NCBI GenBank assembly: GCA_964463425.1
Contig: CAYXBV010000001.1
Coordinates: 55,547 to 119,546, forward strand
Length of the DNA: 64,000 nt
From: an uncultured Gammaproteobacteria bacterium
GTDB taxonomy: Bacteria > Patescibacteriota > Microgenomatia > UBA8517
Reading direction: 5' to 3'
Shown here: positions 60,615 through 64,000 of the stretch, one piece after another
Layout: the number at the start of each line of letters is the position of its first letter
Numbering within the stretch: the first letter of the stretch is position 1
Translations under genes and position numbers: made by a program
The notes under the pieces: model-generated
What the model saw: only the letters and a program-made list of their open reading frames with translations
Told to the model about the DNA's origin: nothing
The model's database searches: none

Positions 60615-61580
60615 ATGAAAATAGTTTTTTTCGGAACTCCCGAATATGTTGTCCCCGTTGTCAAAGCGCTTCATAAAACGCTTAAGCCTTCCGCTGAAAA
60701 TAAATCCAGTATTGTAGCTGTTGTAACACAAGGACCAAAGCCCGTTGGCAGAAAAAAAATCTTATCTCACTCCCCAGTTGATAAGTGGGCGTACGATAAA
60801 GGCATACCAATTTTTACTGACAGCAATGAATTACTTGAATCCGAACTAAGTCCCGATATTGGCGTCCTTGCTTCTTTTGGTCAAATTATTCCCAAAAAAG
60901 TCTTGAACTACTTTCCATACGGAATTCTAAACATTCACCCATCACTTCTTCCCAAATATCGAGGAGCGTCACCTGTGCGTTCTACGATAGCTAGTGGCGA
61001 AAAAGAAGCGGGTGCCACAATTATTAAGCTTGATGAAGAATTGGATCATGGAAAAATAGTTTCCCAATTTAAAATAGACCTTGAAGATAAAGACACATCC
61101 GAGATACTTCGAGAGAAACTTTTTAACCAGTCTATAGATGTGCTTTGTTCACTTATAAAACCATATCTAGAAGACAAGATACACCTCAAAACCCAAAACG
61201 AAAAAGAAGCAACATACACAACACAGATAACAAAACCTGAAGCACATATACAACCCAAATTTATTAAAAGCGCACTAGGGGGAAAAACAATCAAAGAAAA
61301 AATGGAAATACCTTTCATTAAGGTCGGAGCAGAAAAAAAGGCACTTCAAGTAAGCGTTACTCCTGAAACCATTGATGGTTTTATTCGAGCCATGCTTCCC
61401 TGGCCAACTGCATGGACAACCGTAAAAACAGATTCCAAAAGTAAGCCAATAAGACTAAGGATACTAAAAGCTCATATTTCTGACTATGTTTTAGTTTTAG
61501 ATGAAGTTCAACTTGAGGGTAGGAATATTGTTACTTGGAAACAACTCAAAGAAGGCTATCCAACAGTAATGTTTTTGTAG
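60615..61580 (+). CDS. fmt: Methionyl-tRNA formyltransferase
   Basis: MKIVFFGTPEYVVPV; HPSLLPKYRGASP; def-fmt synteny. Confidence 0.9.
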   Translation: MKIVFFGTPEYVVPVVKALHKTLKPSAENKSSIVAVVTQGPKPVGRKKILSHSPVDKWAYDKGIPIFTDSNELLESELSPDIGVLASFGQIIPKKVLNYFPYGILNIHPSLLPKYRGASPVRSTIASGEKEAGATIIKLDEELDHGKIVSQFKIDLEDKDTSEILREKLFNQSIDVLCSLIKPYLEDKIHLKTQNEKEATYTTQITKPEAHIQPKFIKSALGGKTIKEKMEIPFIKVGAEKKALQVSVTPETIDGFIRAMLPWPTAWTTVKTDSKSKPIRLRILKAHISDYVLVLDEVQLEGRNIVTWKQLKEGYPTVMFL

Positions 61581-61807
61581 CCACCTATTGCTCCCGACTT
61601 CTTAATTCTCTTGAGACACTTTGTGCAAATTCTCATTTTTGTTTTTTTGCCAGATATGTTCAGGGTAACCCTTTGTAAATTGGGCTTAAAAACTCTTCTT
61701 GTTGAGGGCGCTCTCTTCTTCCAACGCTTACCAGCAACACCCCGCTTGTGTCGTTGAGACCTGCCTACAACGTTTCTTTTTTCGCATATTTCGCAAATGT
61801 ATGTCAT
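61556..61807 (-). CDS. rpmB: 50S ribosomal protein L28
   Basis: MTYICEICEKRNVVGRSQRHK...; 83 aa; overlaps the fmt 3' end by 25 nt on the opposite strand. Confidence 0.8.
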   Translation of the reverse strand: MTYICEICEKRNVVGRSQRHKRGVAGKRWKKRAPSTRRVFKPNLQRVTLNISGKKTKMRICTKCLKRIKKSGAIGGYKNITVG

Positions 61808-61827
61808 GTTTGTAATCCTTTCGACGC

Positions 61828-62520
61828 TTGATTATACTACAAAGATACAGCTTCACAAATAGTATGTTAAATATAATCGTTTGGATACTCGCTTTTATAG
61901 TTGCCATTACCATTCATGAGACAGCCCATGCTTGGATGGCCGACAGACTTGGAGACCCTACTCCCAGGCTTATGGGAAGATTGTCTCTAAACCCTCTAGT
62001 TCATTATGACCCTATTGGAACAACTCTTTTGTTTATATTGGTAATCATGAGATCGCTTGGTGTACCCGTTATTCCTTTTGGTTGGGCTAAGCCAGTTAAG
62101 TTTGATCCCTACAACCTCAAAAATCCCAGAAGGGACTCTGCCTTAATTTCATTTGCAGGTCCTTTGTCTAATTTAGTACTAGCTACAGTTTTGGGTATTA
62201 TTGTTCGCATTGCCTCCACTCCCTTTTCGCCAATGCCTTTTATCGCTGATTTTTTATATCCCTTCATTATTCTTAATGTCGTTTTAGCTATCTTTAACCT
62301 TGTCCCCATCCACCCACTCGATGGAGGAAAAATTCTTATTGGTCTTCTTCCAGCCAAAGACGCTTATGAAGCAGACAGGTTCTTAAATCGATATGGCATC
62401 ATCATTTTATTCCTCCTAATTTTCCCAACCTTTGGGGGCACTTCTCCCATTTTTATGTTTCTTACGCCAATACTTAACTTCATTCTTGGTATTCTTGTCC
62501 CAGGCAGCCCTGCCATCTAA
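61828..62520 (+). CDS. M50 family site-2-protease-like membrane metalloprotease
   Basis: HETAHAW (HExxH) in TM1; LVPIHPLDGGK. Confidence 0.8.
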   Translation: MIILQRYSFTNSMLNIIVWILAFIVAITIHETAHAWMADRLGDPTPRLMGRLSLNPLVHYDPIGTTLLFILVIMRSLGVPVIPFGWAKPVKFDPYNLKNPRRDSALISFAGPLSNLVLATVLGIIVRIASTPFSPMPFIADFLYPFIILNVVLAIFNLVPIHPLDGGKILIGLLPAKDAYEADRFLNRYGIIILFLLIFPTFGGTSPIFMFLTPILNFILGILVPGSPAI

Positions 62521-62560
62521 AGTCCTTACACCGATTGACTTCATCTGATAAAATATACAT

Positions 62561-62719
62561 AACCCTGCAGAAGGGTGTTTTCGGAAGAGTTTTTTCCTCA
62601 TCGAAAAACACTTAGGGAGGGCATATAGCCTTAGCTCGTGGGCTAAAGCTGAGCTCACCCACCTGGATTTGTCCGGGGAAAAGTTATCTTCCGTTTGACC
62701 CTCGGCAGGGTTCTTTTTT
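62561..62719 (+). ncRNA. Candidate ~160-nt rod-like structured sRNA (6S/SRP-like in shape, unidentified), ending in a U-run; possible promoter TTGACT at 62535-62540
   Basis: Nested terminal helices AACCCTGC(62561-68)/GCAGGGTT(62705-12), AGGGT(62572-76)/ACCCT(62698-702), CGGAAG(62582-87)/CTTCCG(62688-93), TTTTCC/GGAAAA; followed by TTTTTT 62714-62719. Confidence 0.35.
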
Positions 62720-62785
62720 ATAATTTCACAGTATCTTCATTTTTTGGTATAATTACGCATATTTGCAAGCTGCAAATATCGTTTG

Positions 62786-62856
62786 CCGGCGTAGCTCAGT
62801 GGTAGAGCAACGGTTTTGTAAACCGTAGGTCAGTGGTTCAATCCCACTCGTCGGCT
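62786..62856 (+). tRNA. tRNA-Thr (anticodon UGU); promoter with extended -10 TGGTATAAT at 62745-62753
   Basis: Manual cloverleaf: acceptor GCCGGCG/CGTCGGC, anticodon loop TTTGTAA, T-arm AGTGG-TTCAATC-CCACT. Confidence 0.85.
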
Positions 62857-62915
62857 CATATATCATGTAATGTATTTGAAAATCAAAACCTCATTTCATT
62901 ATTGACGCACAATCA

Positions 62916-63539
62916 ATGGCAGTATATTCTGGGACTATGTCCATTGACGAGATTAAACATCTATATTTCGAAAAACAACTTTGCACTCGTGAAATTGGAG
63001 AAAAGCTTAATAAAACTACTTGGCAGATCATTAGGACGATGAAAAAACATAATGTTGCCCGTCGTACCTCTGCGGAAACCCAAAAAATACAGTTTCAAAG
63101 AAAGCCTCTTTCCTATAATAAAAAAGTGAGACTTTCTTCCTTTGAAAAAAGTCTCTATGAAGCAGGGCTAATGCTCTATTGGGCGGAAGGTGTTAAGACT
63201 AGGGGTACTGTTGATTTTGCCAACAGCGACAGCAGAATGGCTTCAATATTTCTTTCTATGTTGCGATCCATATACCACATAGATGAAAAGCGTCTGCGAA
63301 TTCTGTTATATTGTTACGCCAATCAAAACACTGAAAAACTTATAAAATACTGGTCAGCAAAATTAAAAATTCCAACACTGCAATTTATTAAGCCTTATGT
63401 TAAACACGATTATAATAAAAAAAAGACACACAAAATGCCACATGGACTAGTCCACATTCGGTATCATGATAAAAGATTATTTGAGCAAATATTGAAAGAT
63501 ATTGATATAATATCTAGAAAGTTAAAACAAAACGTTTAA
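62916..63539 (+). CDS. Hypothetical HTH-domain protein, possibly a LAGLIDADG-like homing endonuclease remnant, inserted inside the tRNA array
   Basis: N-terminal HTH (IDEIKHLYFEKQLCTREIGEKLNKTTWQI); LYEAGLMLYWAEG resembles a degenerate LAGLIDADG motif. Confidence 0.35.
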   Translation: MAVYSGTMSIDEIKHLYFEKQLCTREIGEKLNKTTWQIIRTMKKHNVARRTSAETQKIQFQRKPLSYNKKVRLSSFEKSLYEAGLMLYWAEGVKTRGTVDFANSDSRMASIFLSMLRSIYHIDEKRLRILLYCYANQNTEKLIKYWSAKLKIPTLQFIKPYVKHDYNKKKTHKMPHGLVHIRYHDKRLFEQILKDIDIISRKLKQNV

Positions 63540-63624
63540 GCTGGGATGGCAGAGTGGTCAAATGCACGAGTCTGTAAAACTCGCGCCCGAACGGGCTACG
63601 TAGGTTCGAATCCTGCTCCCAGCA
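63540..63624 (+). tRNA. tRNA-Tyr (anticodon GUA), long variable arm
   Basis: Manual cloverleaf: acceptor GCTGGGA/TCCCAGC, anticodon loop CTGTAAA, T-loop TTCGAAT. Confidence 0.85.
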
Positions 63625-63702
63625 CACTTTCTCTCTGAGATTGAAAATCAACCTCACTTATTGAACACATTGGGTTTTGGTATAATCTCTATGCAATAGT
63701 TT

Positions 63703-63774
63703 GCCTGGGTAGCTCAGGGGCAGAGCACCAACTTGGTAAGTTGGGGGTCGGTGGTTCGAATCCACTCTCAGGCT
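63703..63774 (+). tRNA. tRNA-Thr (anticodon GGU)
   Basis: Manual cloverleaf: acceptor GCCTGGG/CTCAGGC (one G-U), anticodon loop TTGGTAA, T-loop TTCGAAT. Confidence 0.85.
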
Positions 63775-63814
63775 CAAAGTTGTATAAATAATAGAAAAGT
63801 GTAAAATATCATCT

Positions 63815-63988
63815 ATGGCCAAAAAAGGAGCTAGAGAAATCGTTGCAATGGTTTGTTCTGAGTGTAAGGCGCATAATTACGCCACCATGAGGAATAAAAT
63901 CAATATGGAAAAAAAGTTAGAAATAAAAAAGTACTGCAAAAACTGCAAAAAAAATACACTCCATAAAGAAACTACCAAGCTAAAGTAA
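63815..63988 (+). CDS. rpmG: 50S ribosomal protein L33 (57 aa; below the ORF-track length cutoff)
   Basis: Manual translation MAKKGAREIVAMVCSECKAHNYATMRNKINMEKKLEIKKYCKNCKKNTLHKETTKLK with CxxC...CxxC zinc ribbon. Confidence 0.85.
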   Translation: MAKKGAREIVAMVCSECKAHNYATMRNKINMEKKLEIKKYCKNCKKNTLHKETTKLK

Positions 63989-64000
63989 AACTTCGTTTTT

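Overview
Sixty-four kilobases of an AT-rich, gene-dense bacterial chromosome with almost no accessory content. Many proteins are unusually short versions of core enzymes (RF1 lacking its N-terminal domain, a 153-aa EF-Ts, a 408-aa ProRS without an editing domain, a 311-aa YchF). Together with a type IV pilus cluster, LCP proteins, three M50 proteases and a nucleotide-salvage kinase cluster, this fits a reduced-genome organism such as CPR/Patescibacteria (inference). Standard genetic code: TGA is used as a stop, e.g. at hisS. Contents in order: a type IV pilus module (a pilin running off the window start, then pilC, pilT, pilB); holB, gyrB, ppa; a mixed block (phosphodiester glycosidase, YkgJ-like Cys protein, DUF167, PspC, LCP, a standalone Cas4-like PD-(D/E)xK nuclease, SIMPL); gyrA; an M50 protease; a Xer-type tyrosine recombinase with an NT5C-like deoxyribonucleotidase and a hypothetical; a ~0.8 kb ORF-free, GC-elevated stretch (candidate structured RNA); yebC; rluA; dksA-like; efp; tRNA-Leu; dnaB; hisS with a leader carrying a terminator/antiterminator; rpmE-prfA; ctpA; rpsF-ssb-rpsR; ychF; cysS; dnaX-ybaB-recR; ybeY; yqeY; HIT; yvcK; proS; rseP; rpsB-tsf-frr; tmk-dNK-tdk-topA-dprA-pbp2; mreB without mreCD; an O-antigen-ligase/TPR fusion; def-fmt; rpmB; an M50 protease; a ~160-nt rod-like candidate sRNA; and a tRNA array (Thr-Tyr-Thr) interrupted by an HTH/LAGLIDADG-like ORF and followed by rpmG. 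No CRISPR array, rRNA or clear transposon was seen. The ORF-free GC-rich region, the hisS leader and the rod-like sRNA are the most interesting unexplained signals.
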